Assembly: GCA_964570105.1 (NCBI GenBank)
Contig: CAZMWM010000001.1
Coordinates: forward strand, 7,803 to 71,802
Source: an uncultured Lachnospiraceae bacterium
GTDB taxonomy: Bacteria > Bacillota > Clostridia > Oscillospirales > CAG-272
Length of the DNA: 64,000 nucleotides
Direction of reading: 5' to 3'
A program made the translations under genes and the position numbers. Numbering within the stretch: the first letter of the stretch is position 1; every line of letters starts with the position of its first letter. Shown here piece after piece: positions 27,276 to 36,795 of the stretch. Below the pieces are notes generated by a model that saw only the letters and a list, made by a program, of their open reading frames with translations, searched no databases and had not been told where the DNA came from.

Positions 27276-28274
27276 ATGAAGATCATTGTCGACGTAATGA
27301 GCGGAGATAACGCCCCACACGAAACGGTAAGAGGCGCCCTGCTTGCGGCTCAGCGATTGGAGCACGAGCTGATCCTCGTCGGAAATGAGGATATAATACG
27401 TCTGATAGCGGACGAAAACGAGCTTCCGCTCACGCCAAACGTTGAAACGGTCAACACGAGCGAGATCATAACCATGGAGGATAACCCCATGTGTGTCCGC
27501 TCAAAAAAGGATTCATCGCTCGTAAAGGCGCTCTCTTTGCTCGCCGACGGAACAGGCGACGCTATGGTCAGCGCCGGAAACACAGGCGCTCTCTACACGG
27601 GCGCTTCGCTACTCGTCTCGAGGATACGGGGATTCAGAAAAGCGGCTATCGCCACGGTGCTTCCCTTGCAAACTCCGCTACTGCTTCTCGATGCAGGTGC
27701 GAACATAGTCGTCACAGACGAAAATCTTGAGCAGTTTGCGCTTATGGGATCTGCGTACAGCGAGCACGTGATGGGGGTACGTTCTCCGCGAGTCGGTCTT
27801 TTGAACAACGGTACGGAAAGAACGAAAGGCTCCCCATTGCTTCAGGATACCTATTGCCGTCTTGAAGAAAACGAAAATCTGAATTTCGTCGGAAATATCG
27901 AGGCAAAGACCTTGCCGTTCGGCGTTTGTGACGTGCTCGTGACGGACGGATTTTCCGGAAATATGATCCTGAAATACACCGAAGGGCTGGGTAGCTTCTT
28001 TATGAAGAAGCTCAAAGCAACGTACAGAAAGAATCTCTTCACCAAGGCGTCCGGCATTATGATCAAAAACGAATTTCATCATCTGATGAGAGAATTTGAT
28101 GCTTCGGAATACGGCGGTGCTCCGCTTCTCGGAATATCGAGACCGGTGATAAAAGCTCATGGAAACTCCGATGCCCGCGCGATAACGAACGCCATACACC
28201 AAGCCTGCGTATACGCGGAAAGCGGAATGATAGAACATCTTTCCGCGCTCGGAGAGGTTTCGGAAAAGACCTGA
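27276..28274 (+). CDS. plsX: Phosphate acyltransferase PlsX
   Basis: Sequence MKIIVDVMSGDNAP..., with SAGNTGA and VKAHG. The track's upstream extension from 27144 overlaps trmFO and is not PlsX-like. Confidence 0.9.
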   Translation: MKIIVDVMSGDNAPHETVRGALLAAQRLEHELILVGNEDIIRLIADENELPLTPNVETVNTSEIITMEDNPMCVRSKKDSSLVKALSLLADGTGDAMVSAGNTGALYTGASLLVSRIRGFRKAAIATVLPLQTPLLLLDAGANIVVTDENLEQFALMGSAYSEHVMGVRSPRVGLLNNGTERTKGSPLLQDTYCRLEENENLNFVGNIEAKTLPFGVCDVLVTDGFSGNMILKYTEGLGSFFMKKLKATYRKNLFTKASGIMIKNEFHHLMREFDASEYGGAPLLGISRPVIKAHGNSDARAITNAIHQACVYAESGMIEHLSALGEVSEKT

Positions 28275-28335
28275 ATACAGCAAAAAACGTCCGCTACTTA
28301 TCCTATAAAAACAACGAAAGGTACATTCTTGCTTA

Positions 28336-29772
28336 ATGTCAGATAATTTTCACATAAATTCCATACAAAACAGGATAGGCTACGATTTTAAAGACACCGA
28401 GCTGTTGAGGCTCGCCCTTACCCACGTCTCTTCGGCAAACGACGCCGAAAATTCCAATCAGGGACTCAGCTTTCTCGGAAGAGCGGTACTTGAGCTTTTG
28501 GTGCGCGATCATCTGTATTCAAATTACAGCTATGCGTCCATAGAAACGCTCGAGAACACGGGCACGGAGGAGACCGCCGCTTTTTCCCTCGCCTGCAAAT
28601 GCGGCGAACAGCTCCGTTTGAGTGAGTTTGTTATCATCTCGAACGCGGCAACGGCGATCAAAAACAGTCCCGCGGTCGAAAAGGAGCTGTTCCTTGCGCT
28701 GTCGGCGGCTATATACAAGGACGGCGGAATGCCTGCTATACGCGCATTCATCATCCCGAAGCTCCGAGCTGTGATATCATCGGAAGCTCCGCATCTCGCA
28801 CACCGCGCTGTCCGCAGAGCTTCACCGAGCGCAAGCTCGGATGCCTCGCAAGACAAGCGCGACGCGTCCGCGAGCGTCTCGGCTTCGCGTACCGCCGCAA
28901 AAGCAACGGACGCCATCAAGAGCCTTATAACATCAAAGCTCCGCCGTCCGTGGCAGACCTCGGACGCAACAGATACCGCAAATGCTAAGCCAACTGACAA
29001 AAAAGCTTCAACGGCGGCGCGCAAGGACGCATCAAAAACGTCAACCGCCGAAACATCGCCCCGTAAGCGCACAGGCGCAAGGACTTCCGAAAAGGACACG
29101 TCCTCCGCTTTCGAGACGCCCTTCATCCGTGACGCACTGACACCTGTCAAGCTGAGTGAAAAACAGCAGAACGAGCTTGTTAAGAAAACCAAAAAAAGCA
29201 AACCGGAAGTAAAGACGGTAAACGCGTCGGCGCAGACCGAGACGGACGATGCCGCAAATTACAAATCGGCGCTTCAAGAATACGTACAGAAAAACGTACA
29301 TTCATCGACCGTGATGCTTGAATACAGGACAGAAAAAGCGGAAGGCGGCGCTGTATCCGTTGAGGTATACCTGTTTGACAGAAAGCTCTCAAGTGAGACA
29401 GGCGCATCCAAAAAGGATGCGTCACGCTTTGCCGCACGGTCTGCGTACCGCGCACTCACCGATGAAAAAAGCAAGGAAGCCGCGTGGTTTCGCGGTATAT
29501 GCTCGGATCCCACCCATCTGCCGCTACCACAAGGCTCGGAGCAGAACGATCACGTCTCACAGTTAAATCAGACCTTCCAGAAGCTCGGACACACCTCCAA
29601 CGCCCAACTGCTCTACGAACGCATCCCGGCATCAAACAAAAAGCTTTTCGCGGTCACTGTGAACGCCAACGGCAAGGAACTCGGCAGAGGCGAAGGAAAA
29701 ACGGTAAAAGAAGCGCGTCAAAACGCCGCAAAAGCAGCACTCGCTTCCCTTCCTAAGCTCACTTTAGTTTAA
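28336..29772 (+). CDS. RNase III-like pseudoenzyme with disordered linker and two dsRNA-binding domains
   Basis: Aa 8-145 align to the RNase III domain of the adjacent rnc, but the signature NERLEFLGD reads NQGLSFLGR and E..FEAL reads KELFLAL. Aa ~150-300 are a low-complexity S/A/T/K-rich stretch. Two dsRBM-like units span aa ~307-374 (YKSALQEY...GASKKDASRFAARSAYRAL) and aa ~404-472 (...GEGKTVKEARQNAAKAALASL). Confidence 0.8.
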   Translation: MSDNFHINSIQNRIGYDFKDTELLRLALTHVSSANDAENSNQGLSFLGRAVLELLVRDHLYSNYSYASIETLENTGTEETAAFSLACKCGEQLRLSEFVIISNAATAIKNSPAVEKELFLALSAAIYKDGGMPAIRAFIIPKLRAVISSEAPHLAHRAVRRASPSASSDASQDKRDASASVSASRTAAKATDAIKSLITSKLRRPWQTSDATDTANAKPTDKKASTAARKDASKTSTAETSPRKRTGARTSEKDTSSAFETPFIRDALTPVKLSEKQQNELVKKTKKSKPEVKTVNASAQTETDDAANYKSALQEYVQKNVHSSTVMLEYRTEKAEGGAVSVEVYLFDRKLSSETGASKKDASRFAARSAYRALTDEKSKEAAWFRGICSDPTHLPLPQGSEQNDHVSQLNQTFQKLGHTSNAQLLYERIPASNKKLFAVTVNANGKELGRGEGKTVKEARQNAAKAALASLPKLTLV

Positions 29773-29797
29773 ACATCAAGAAAGTCACGGTCACAAA

Positions 29798-30505
29798 ATG
29801 AACAATAACAATATAAAGGCACTTGAGGACGCCATCGGATACCGCTTCAAAGACCGTTCGGTATTAAGCCTTGCTCTCACCCATTCGTCGTACGCATACG
29901 AGCTTCGGCAAAAAAAGCTCCACTGCGACTCAAATGAACGGCTCGAATTTTTGGGCGACAGTGTCGTATCCATAATCTCCACAACTTATCTCTATACCGC
30001 CTTCCCCGAGCACACCGAGGGCGAGCTTTCAAGGCTCCGCGCCGGAGCTATCTGCACCGCTTCCCTATCCGCTTTTGCCAGACGCATATCGCTCGGTGAC
30101 TATCTGATGCTCGGATGCGGCGAGGATAAGGGCGGAGGACGGGAAAACCCCACCATCCTCGAAAACGCCTTCGAAGCCCTCGTCGGAGCTATATATATCG
30201 ACAGCGGTCGCGACATTGCCACAGCACAGCGGTTTCTTCTTCCGTTCATAAAGAGCGAGGTCGCCCTTGCGATCGAGAACGGAGCGACCGAGGATCACAA
30301 ATCACAGCTACAGCAGATAGTACAGCAGATGCCGGATCAAAAGCTTGAATATGTACTGACCTCAAAGAGCGGTCCGGATAACGCTCCGACATTCACGGTC
30401 GAGGCGAGACTAAACAGCAACGTTATAGGAAAAGGCTCGGGTACGTCCAAAAAACGCGCGGAGCAGGCAGCCGCTTGTGAAGCGTTGCGTTTTTTCGGCA
30501 AATGA
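29798..30505 (+). CDS. rnc: Ribonuclease III
   Basis: Has an intact NERLEFLGDS signature, ENAFEALVGAIY and a C-terminal dsRBD (GSGTSKKRAEQAAACEAL). Confidence 0.95.
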   Translation: MNNNNIKALEDAIGYRFKDRSVLSLALTHSSYAYELRQKKLHCDSNERLEFLGDSVVSIISTTYLYTAFPEHTEGELSRLRAGAICTASLSAFARRISLGDYLMLGCGEDKGGGRENPTILENAFEALVGAIYIDSGRDIATAQRFLLPFIKSEVALAIENGATEDHKSQLQQIVQQMPDQKLEYVLTSKSGPDNAPTFTVEARLNSNVIGKGSGTSKKRAEQAAACEALRFFGK

Positions 30506-30509
30506 GCCT

Positions 30510-31610
30510 ATGGGAGTAACGACCTTGAAAAGACACGTAAACGTCCCCATATTCATCCCGCATTACGGATGTCCGAACGCCTGTGTTTTCTGCAATCAGG
30601 TAAGGATAACCGGCAAGCCCTGCTTTGACGAACGCGATGTCATCTCCGAGATAGACGTGGCGCTTTTGACGGTCGATACCGAAAACACGGAAACGGAGCT
30701 TGCTTTTTTCGGCGGTAGCTTTACGGCTATACCGCGAGACGAGATGCTCTCACTGCTTGCCATATCGGATAGATATATCGCCGACGGAAGGATAACATCC
30801 GTACGTCTTTCCACGCGTCCGGATGCAATAGATACCGAGATACTCGACATTCTCGCCGCGCACGGTGTGAAAACTATCGAGCTTGGAATACAGAGCATGA
30901 GCGGCAATGTCCTCGACGCCTGCAAAAGAGGACATTCTCCGACCGACACGGAAAACGCTTGTAGGCTCATAAAACAGTACGGCTTTGAGCTTGTCGGTCA
31001 GATGATGGTCGGACTTCCCGGAGCAACGCCAAAGGACGAGCTTTTGACAGCCGAGACGGTATCTAAGCTCGGCGCGGACGGAGCGCGTATATATCCGACG
31101 GTGGTACTGCCGGGAACGGAGCTTTGTGAGCTGGAACAGTTGGGAGCGTACACCGCGCTGACGGTGGAAGAGGCGGCGGAAAGATGCGCAAACGTGCTTG
31201 AGATATTCAATGAGTACGGTGTGAACGTGATACGGATAGGTCTTTGCGCAAACGAGATACTTGCCTCCGAAGCCTCTCCCACCACTTATCACGCCGCTAT
31301 CGGGGAGCTTGCACGTGCCTTGGTATTCCGACGCAAGCTGGAAGCGTTATTTCTCAAAGCGCACTCGGAAGCACCGCTCGAGGGGAAGAGCGCCGAGATA
31401 TTCGTTCCGAAAGGAAAGCTCAGCCAAGCAATAGGACAGCACTGTTCAAACATCTCTTACCTTTGCTCGAAATTTTCTCTCAGAGAGCTTAAGCTCAGAG
31501 AAAGCGTAGATCTCAACGGCTTCGAGATATCGCTCGGAGCGATACGGCAACAGAACGTAACACCGCCACGAAAGGAGAACGATCACAACCATGCGTTTAC
31601 TGTCTCTTGA
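30510..31610 (+). CDS. Radical SAM protein (ELP3-like family found between rnc and smc in Clostridia)
   Basis: Carries CPNACVFC, a CxxxCxxC motif, near the N-terminus (IFIPHYGCPNACVFCNQ). ATG 30510 follows the rnc stop. Its 3' end overlaps the smc start by 20 nt. Confidence 0.8.
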   Translation: MGVTTLKRHVNVPIFIPHYGCPNACVFCNQVRITGKPCFDERDVISEIDVALLTVDTENTETELAFFGGSFTAIPRDEMLSLLAISDRYIADGRITSVRLSTRPDAIDTEILDILAAHGVKTIELGIQSMSGNVLDACKRGHSPTDTENACRLIKQYGFELVGQMMVGLPGATPKDELLTAETVSKLGADGARIYPTVVLPGTELCELEQLGAYTALTVEEAAERCANVLEIFNEYGVNVIRIGLCANEILASEASPTTYHAAIGELARALVFRRKLEALFLKAHSEAPLEGKSAEIFVPKGKLSQAIGQHCSNISYLCSKFSLRELKLRESVDLNGFEISLGAIRQQNVTPPRKENDHNHAFTVS

Positions 31611-34600
31611 ATTACACGGATTTAAATCCTTTCCGGATAAAACTCTGCTGAAATTCGCTCCCGGAGTTACCACCGTCGTTGGACCTAACGGAAGCGGAAA
31701 GAGCAATATCTCAGACGCCGTGCGTTGGGTGCTTGGCGAGATATCCTCGAAAAGTATGCGCGGAACTAAGATGGAGGACGTTATATTCAGCGGCTCGGAT
31801 ACGAGAAAGCCGATGAATTTCGCAGAGGTCTCCATAACGCTCGATAACCGCGAGGAGAACGGCTTTTCCCGTATGCCGATAGACTACGATGAAGTGACCA
31901 TAACCAGACGTCTGAGCCGAAACGGCGGCAGTGATTATTTTATAAACCGTCAGCCGGCAAGACTTAAGGACATCAATTCCCTGTTTATGAACACCGGTAT
32001 AGGAAGAGACGGATATTCTATCGTCAGCCAGGGCAAGGCGTCCGAGATAATCTCACAAAAGAGCGATGAGCGCCGTAACGTTTTCGAGGAAGCGGCAGGT
32101 ATCTCAAAATACCGCTACCAAAAAAACGAAGCGGAAAAAAAGCTTGAAGCCACGAGCTTGAATTGCGAAAGACTTGCGGATATCCTTTCCGAAAAGAAAA
32201 AAACGCTCGAGCGTCTTGAAAAGGATGCCGAGCGCGCAAAAAAATATCTCGACATATACGAAAAGAAAAAGGAAGCCGATATCTCTCTTGCGGTCTACGA
32301 CGTTCACCTGAACACAAAAAAGCTGTCCGATGCGGAGACAGAGTATAATACCGTCAAAGTCTCTCTTGATAATGCGGATAATAAGATATCGGATACCGAA
32401 GCGGAGCGCGATCGGCTGGATCTGCTTCGCTCCAAAGCAAAGGAGCAATTTTTCAGACTCAACAGCGAGATAGAAGAGCTTACCGATTCGCGATACAACC
32501 AAAACACCGGTGCACAGGTCATGCAGGGCGAAGTCAAAAATATGACCGCAAGGATCGAGGAATTAAACGGGGAGCTTGAAAAGCTGAATACGCGGCTCGC
32601 CGAATATATAAACGCGGAAAAAGAAGCCAACGATAAGCTGAGCAAGGCAAACGACGTCAAAAATGCCGCCGAGCAGAAAAGAAACGGCTTGAATGCCACG
32701 CTCAGTGAGCTTGATCAAAAACGGAACGGTCTTGAGCTCAAGATAGAAGCAATTCTCGATGATAAGGATGCGGCAAACGCGCAGATACGCAACGACAATG
32801 TGCGCATAGCCGAGCTTGACGGAACTGCCCGCTCGGACGAAAACAGAAGATCTCAGATCTCCGAGGAGCTTAAAAATGCCGAGGATACCATCACGCGTTG
32901 CAACGAAAGTATGCAAAGGCACAAGTCGAAGATGGACTCTTACGACGAGCAATCCGAGAAGATAAAGGCAACGGAAAGCGAGACTGCCAACGAGATATCG
33001 GCTCTCCGTCAAAAGATCGACGGTCTGAACGCAAGCGTCAGCTCGCTCGCAAGCGATCTGCGCGATATACGTACGCGTATCGATAGCCTGAAACGTATGG
33101 AAGAGCTTTTTGAAGGCTATCCGCACAGCGTTTCCGCTATAATGAACGCGGTAAAGACAGGTACGCTCTCGGGTATATGCGGACCTCTTTCACATATCTT
33201 TACCGTGAATACGCGCTACGCCGTACCGATAGAAACAGCTCTTGCTTCCACTCTCCAGAACATTGTTTGCGAAAACGAGGATGCGGCGAAAAGAGCGATC
33301 GAATGGCTTCGAAACAACAACGCCGGACGAACTACGTTCTACCCGTTGAATACCATGCAGGTCACCCCACTGAATATAGACGAGAAAACGCTTCTCTCAC
33401 ACAAGGGCTATCTCGGAATAGCCTCGGACCTCATCGAATACGAGCCGAAATATGACCGAGTGATCAAAAATCTTCTCGGAAGGACGCTGGTATTCGATAA
33501 TCTTAACAACGCCACCGCAATGGCTAAGGCTTGCGGATACCGAGTAAGGATAGTTACCCTTGACGGTCAACAGATCAACGCCGGAGGATCCTTCACCGGT
33601 GGCTCGAAGAAGCGCGACTCCGGACTGCTCAACAGAAGCGCCGAAATAGACAGACTTAACGCAGATATGCTAAAGACAGAGACGCTCAAGAACACGGCGC
33701 AGGAAGAGCAAAGCGAAGCCACTCGGATGCTTGCCAAGCTGATCACCACAGCCGAAGGATTTGCGACCAAGCTTAAGCTTCTCAACACGCTTTATCAAGC
33801 TGAGTCCAACCAATACGCGGCGTTCAAGGCACAGATGGATACGGTCTCGGAAACGAAAAACCGTTTGCTTGAAGAGCTTTCCGGCATAGCCGATTCCGGA
33901 GATCGGCGCGATGAGGAAAAAAAGCAACTGGATAACGACATTGCCGCAAGCGAAGATAAGCTCCGCATACTCGACGAAGAATATTCAAGGCTCGACGCCG
34001 AAAGAGGCGATGTCGAAAGCTCGATCTCGAGCAACTCAGCCCTGCTTCAAAACACTCAAATAGAAATAGCGGAATACTCCAAGGACGTGGAAAGCGCAGA
34101 ACGCGACCTTCAGCTTAAAAACACTTCGCGCCTTGAGTGCGAGAGCGAGATACAACAAAAAGAGGCATTCGTAACCAAGCTTCGGGAAGGGATCGCCGAC
34201 AAGGAAAAAAGCATTCTCGCATCCTCGAGCAAGGTCGAGGAGATGGACGCCGAGCTAAAGGAAAAGACAAGTGAACGTGAGCGCGCAAACTCGGAATCGA
34301 TAGAATACGACGGAAAGATATCCGCTTTGAATAACGACATCCAAGAGCTTATGCGCATGAGAGAGCACCTGTCAAACGACTTCACAAAGGCTGAGACGAA
34401 AAAAAGCTCGCTTGTAAGCGAACGCGACCGCATACTGAATTACGTGACCGAGGAATACAGCATCACCTTCTCCGAGGCTGAGGCCTTGGAATATCCGCCC
34501 GTGACCGAGGAGAACAGACACGAGATATCCCAACAGCTCAACGAGCTGAAATACAAGCTCCGCGGAATAGGCTCGGTCGATCCGTCTACCATAGAGGAAT

Positions 34601-35190
34601 TTAAGAAAGCCAAGGCTGATTACGACGAGATGAACTTGAATTTCGACGATATGCTGAAATCCAGAGAGTCGTACGCCAACGTCGTGGATCAGCTTGAGCA
34701 AAATATGCGTACGCGCTTCATCGAAGTTATCGGAGACATAAACGAAGCCTTCCAGCGCTCGTTCAGCGAGCTTTTCGGAGGCGGTCGCGCAGAGGTGGTG
34801 CTTACGGACATGGACGATGTGCTTCACTGCGGCATAGATATAAACGTTGCACCTCCGGGAAAGATAATAAAGAGCCTTTCCCTGCTTTCCGGCGGTGAGC
34901 AGGCGTTTATAAGCATCGCGCTCGTCTTTGCGCTCCTGCACGTAAATCCCTCCCCCTTCTGCATATTCGACGAGATAGAAGCCGCACTTGACGAGGTCAA
35001 CGTCGCGATGTTTGCGAATTACATAAAGAAATATTCAAACAAAACTCAGTTCATAACCATCACCCACAGGCGCGGCACGATGGAGGTCGGTGATACGCTT
35101 TACGGTGTCACTATGGCTGAGCGAGGCATCTCACGTGTGCTGACGCTCAACGTAAACGAGGTCGAGTCAAAGCTCGGCGTAAAGCTTTGA
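31591..35190 (+). CDS. smc: Chromosome partition protein Smc
   Basis: 1199 aa. Has an N-terminal Walker A (GPNGSGKSN), long coiled coils, a hinge, and a C-terminal LSGGEQ signature with Walker B (FCIFDEIEAALD). Confidence 0.95.
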   Translation: MRLLSLELHGFKSFPDKTLLKFAPGVTTVVGPNGSGKSNISDAVRWVLGEISSKSMRGTKMEDVIFSGSDTRKPMNFAEVSITLDNREENGFSRMPIDYDEVTITRRLSRNGGSDYFINRQPARLKDINSLFMNTGIGRDGYSIVSQGKASEIISQKSDERRNVFEEAAGISKYRYQKNEAEKKLEATSLNCERLADILSEKKKTLERLEKDAERAKKYLDIYEKKKEADISLAVYDVHLNTKKLSDAETEYNTVKVSLDNADNKISDTEAERDRLDLLRSKAKEQFFRLNSEIEELTDSRYNQNTGAQVMQGEVKNMTARIEELNGELEKLNTRLAEYINAEKEANDKLSKANDVKNAAEQKRNGLNATLSELDQKRNGLELKIEAILDDKDAANAQIRNDNVRIAELDGTARSDENRRSQISEELKNAEDTITRCNESMQRHKSKMDSYDEQSEKIKATESETANEISALRQKIDGLNASVSSLASDLRDIRTRIDSLKRMEELFEGYPHSVSAIMNAVKTGTLSGICGPLSHIFTVNTRYAVPIETALASTLQNIVCENEDAAKRAIEWLRNNNAGRTTFYPLNTMQVTPLNIDEKTLLSHKGYLGIASDLIEYEPKYDRVIKNLLGRTLVFDNLNNATAMAKACGYRVRIVTLDGQQINAGGSFTGGSKKRDSGLLNRSAEIDRLNADMLKTETLKNTAQEEQSEATRMLAKLITTAEGFATKLKLLNTLYQAESNQYAAFKAQMDTVSETKNRLLEELSGIADSGDRRDEEKKQLDNDIAASEDKLRILDEEYSRLDAERGDVESSISSNSALLQNTQIEIAEYSKDVESAERDLQLKNTSRLECESEIQQKEAFVTKLREGIADKEKSILASSSKVEEMDAELKEKTSERERANSESIEYDGKISALNNDIQELMRMREHLSNDFTKAETKKSSLVSERDRILNYVTEEYSITFSEAEALEYPPVTEENRHEISQQLNELKYKLRGIGSVDPSTIEEFKKAKADYDEMNLNFDDMLKSRESYANVVDQLEQNMRTRFIEVIGDINEAFQRSFSELFGGGRAEVVLTDMDDVLHCGIDINVAPPGKIIKSLSLLSGGEQAFISIALVFALLHVNPSPFCIFDEIEAALDEVNVAMFANYIKKYSNKTQFITITHRRGTMEVGDTLYGVTMAERGISRVLTLNVNEVESKLGVKL

Positions 35191-35221
35191 TACACCGAGC
35201 TTGTAAAAAGGAGAAGATCAA

Positions 35222-36127
35222 ATGGGATTTTTCGATAAATTAAAAAACGGTCTAAGTAAGACAAAAAATGCGATATTTTCGCAAATGGATTCGCTTTTTA
35301 AGACTTTTGTAGCAATAGATGAGGAAATGCTCGAAGAGCTTGAAGAGCTTTTGATAGCGGCTGACGTCGGAGCGGCAACGACCGATGAGATAATAGAACG
35401 CCTTAAAGACAGGATCGCTACAGAGGGACTTACCGAAGCTTCACAGGCAAAAAAAGCGCTTTTTGATATTCTTGTGGATACCATAGGCGAAGGCGAGCCG
35501 TTAGATCTCAGCACCAAGCCATCCATAATACTCGTGATAGGTGTGAACGGCGTGGGAAAGACCACGACGATAGCAAAGATATCAAACAACCTTATACGCC
35601 AAAAGAAAAAAGTGCTTCTTGCTGCAGGCGATACCTTCCGCGCAGGCGCGATAGAACAGCTCGGTATATGGGCTGACAGAGTCGGCGCCGACATAGTTAA
35701 GCACGACGAAGGCTCCGATCCCGCATCTGTCGTATTCGACGCCATCAGCGCCGCAAAGGCACGCGGCGCTGACGTAATCATCGTCGATACCGCAGGAAGG
35801 CTCCATAACAAGAAAAATCTTATGGATGAGCTTGCTAAGATCGACCGCGTGATAGGAAGAGAGCTTCCGGATGCTTCACGGGAGACGTTGCTCGTTCTTG
35901 ATGCGACCACCGGGCAAAACGCCGTCGCACAGGCAAAAGAATTTAAAAACACGGCTAATATAACGGGACTGGTGCTCACCAAGCTTGACGGAAGCGCTAA
36001 GGGCGGCGTGGTCTTTTCCATAAAGAAAGAGCTTGGCATTCCGATAAAATACATCGGTGTCGGCGAAAAAGCCGACGATATGGAACGCTTCGACGCCCAC
36101 GATTTCGTCAAAGCGCTGTTCGAGTAA
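35222..36127 (+). CDS. ftsY: Signal recognition particle receptor FtsY
   Basis: SRP GTPase motifs are present: GVNGVGKTTT, DTAGR and TKLDG. Confidence 0.95.
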   Translation: MGFFDKLKNGLSKTKNAIFSQMDSLFKTFVAIDEEMLEELEELLIAADVGAATTDEIIERLKDRIATEGLTEASQAKKALFDILVDTIGEGEPLDLSTKPSIILVIGVNGVGKTTTIAKISNNLIRQKKKVLLAAGDTFRAGAIEQLGIWADRVGADIVKHDEGSDPASVVFDAISAAKARGADVIIVDTAGRLHNKKNLMDELAKIDRVIGRELPDASRETLLVLDATTGQNAVAQAKEFKNTANITGLVLTKLDGSAKGGVVFSIKKELGIPIKYIGVGEKADDMERFDAHDFVKALFE

Positions 36128-36143
36128 GAGAGGCGGAACACCA

Positions 36144-36740
36144 ATGGAGATCATAGTCGCAAGCCACAATTCTCATAAGATACGCGAGATAGATAACGTG
36201 CTCTCCGCTCTTTTTTCGGGATTGAAGTTACTGACACCATCCGATGTCGGCGTGACCGATGAAGTCGAAGAAAACGGCTCAAGCTTTGAGGAAAACGCTA
36301 TGCTCAAAGCAAGATCCGTCTGGAAACACGGAAAATTAGCAATAGCGGACGACTCGGGACTGTGCGTCAACGCTTTGGACGGCGCACCGGGGATATATTC
36401 CGCGCGATACGCCGGAGAGCCGTCAAGCGATGAAAAAAACAACGCAAAGCTCCTCTCGGAGCTTTCGCATCATCCGGACAGATCCGCCTATTTCGTCTGC
36501 GTCATAGCGTGTATACTTCCAAGCGGCGATAGCTTTACGGTAAAAGGCAAAGCCCCCGGCTCTATCCTTACATCGCCCGCAGGCAACGGCGGATTTGGAT
36601 ACGATCCCCTCTTTCTTTCGGATGACGTCGGCAAAAGCTTCGCAGAGCTTACGCCCGAAGAGAAAAATTCCATCAGCCACCGCGGTCGCGCTCTTCGCGC
36701 ACTCAAGGCAAAGCTTGAGGAAGTGCTTTGCTCGGACTGA
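36144..36740 (+). CDS. rdgB: dITP/XTP pyrophosphatase (RdgB/HAM1 family)
   Basis: Sequence MEIIVASHNSHKIREI..., with DDSGLCVNALDGAPGIYSARY and GFGYDPLF. ATG 36144 is preferred over the track's 36057. Confidence 0.9.
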   Translation: MEIIVASHNSHKIREIDNVLSALFSGLKLLTPSDVGVTDEVEENGSSFEENAMLKARSVWKHGKLAIADDSGLCVNALDGAPGIYSARYAGEPSSDEKNNAKLLSELSHHPDRSAYFVCVIACILPSGDSFTVKGKAPGSILTSPAGNGGFGYDPLFLSDDVGKSFAELTPEEKNSISHRGRALRALKAKLEEVLCSD

Positions 36741-36747
36741 GCCGAGC

Positions 36748-36773
36748 TGAGATGAGATGAGATGAGATGAGAT
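36748..36773. repeat. Pentanucleotide microsatellite (TGAGA)x5
   Basis: tgagatgagatgagatgagatgaga was read directly. It lies in the 55-nt rdgB-nadD spacer. Confidence 0.9.
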
Positions 36774-36795
36774 AATGAAAGGAAGCGTTTGACAG

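Noticed and set aside
28530-29201. 223-aa minus-strand ORF under the low-complexity linker of the pseudo-RNase III gene
   Set aside because: The low-complexity Ser/Ala/Thr-coding region keeps the antisense frame open by chance. The sense ORF is bracketed by recognisable RNase III-like and dsRBD modules in one continuous frame.
31591-35190. Whether the SMC-family gene could belong to a Wadjet/Lamassu-type defence system
   Set aside because: Its 1199-aa length and its position in the conserved rnc-smc-ftsY housekeeping block identify it as the chromosomal Smc. No JetA/B/D-like or LmuA/B-like partners are adjacent.
35218-36144. 308-aa minus-strand ORF antisense to ftsY
   Set aside because: ftsY has unambiguous SRP-GTPase motifs on the plus strand. 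The antisense product is a Ser/Ala-rich low-complexity string.
36748-36773. Whether the tandem repeat could be a CRISPR-like or mobile-element terminal repeat
   Set aside because: The unit is only 5 nt with no spacers. There are no flanking transposase or cas genes and no inverted partner elsewhere in the window.
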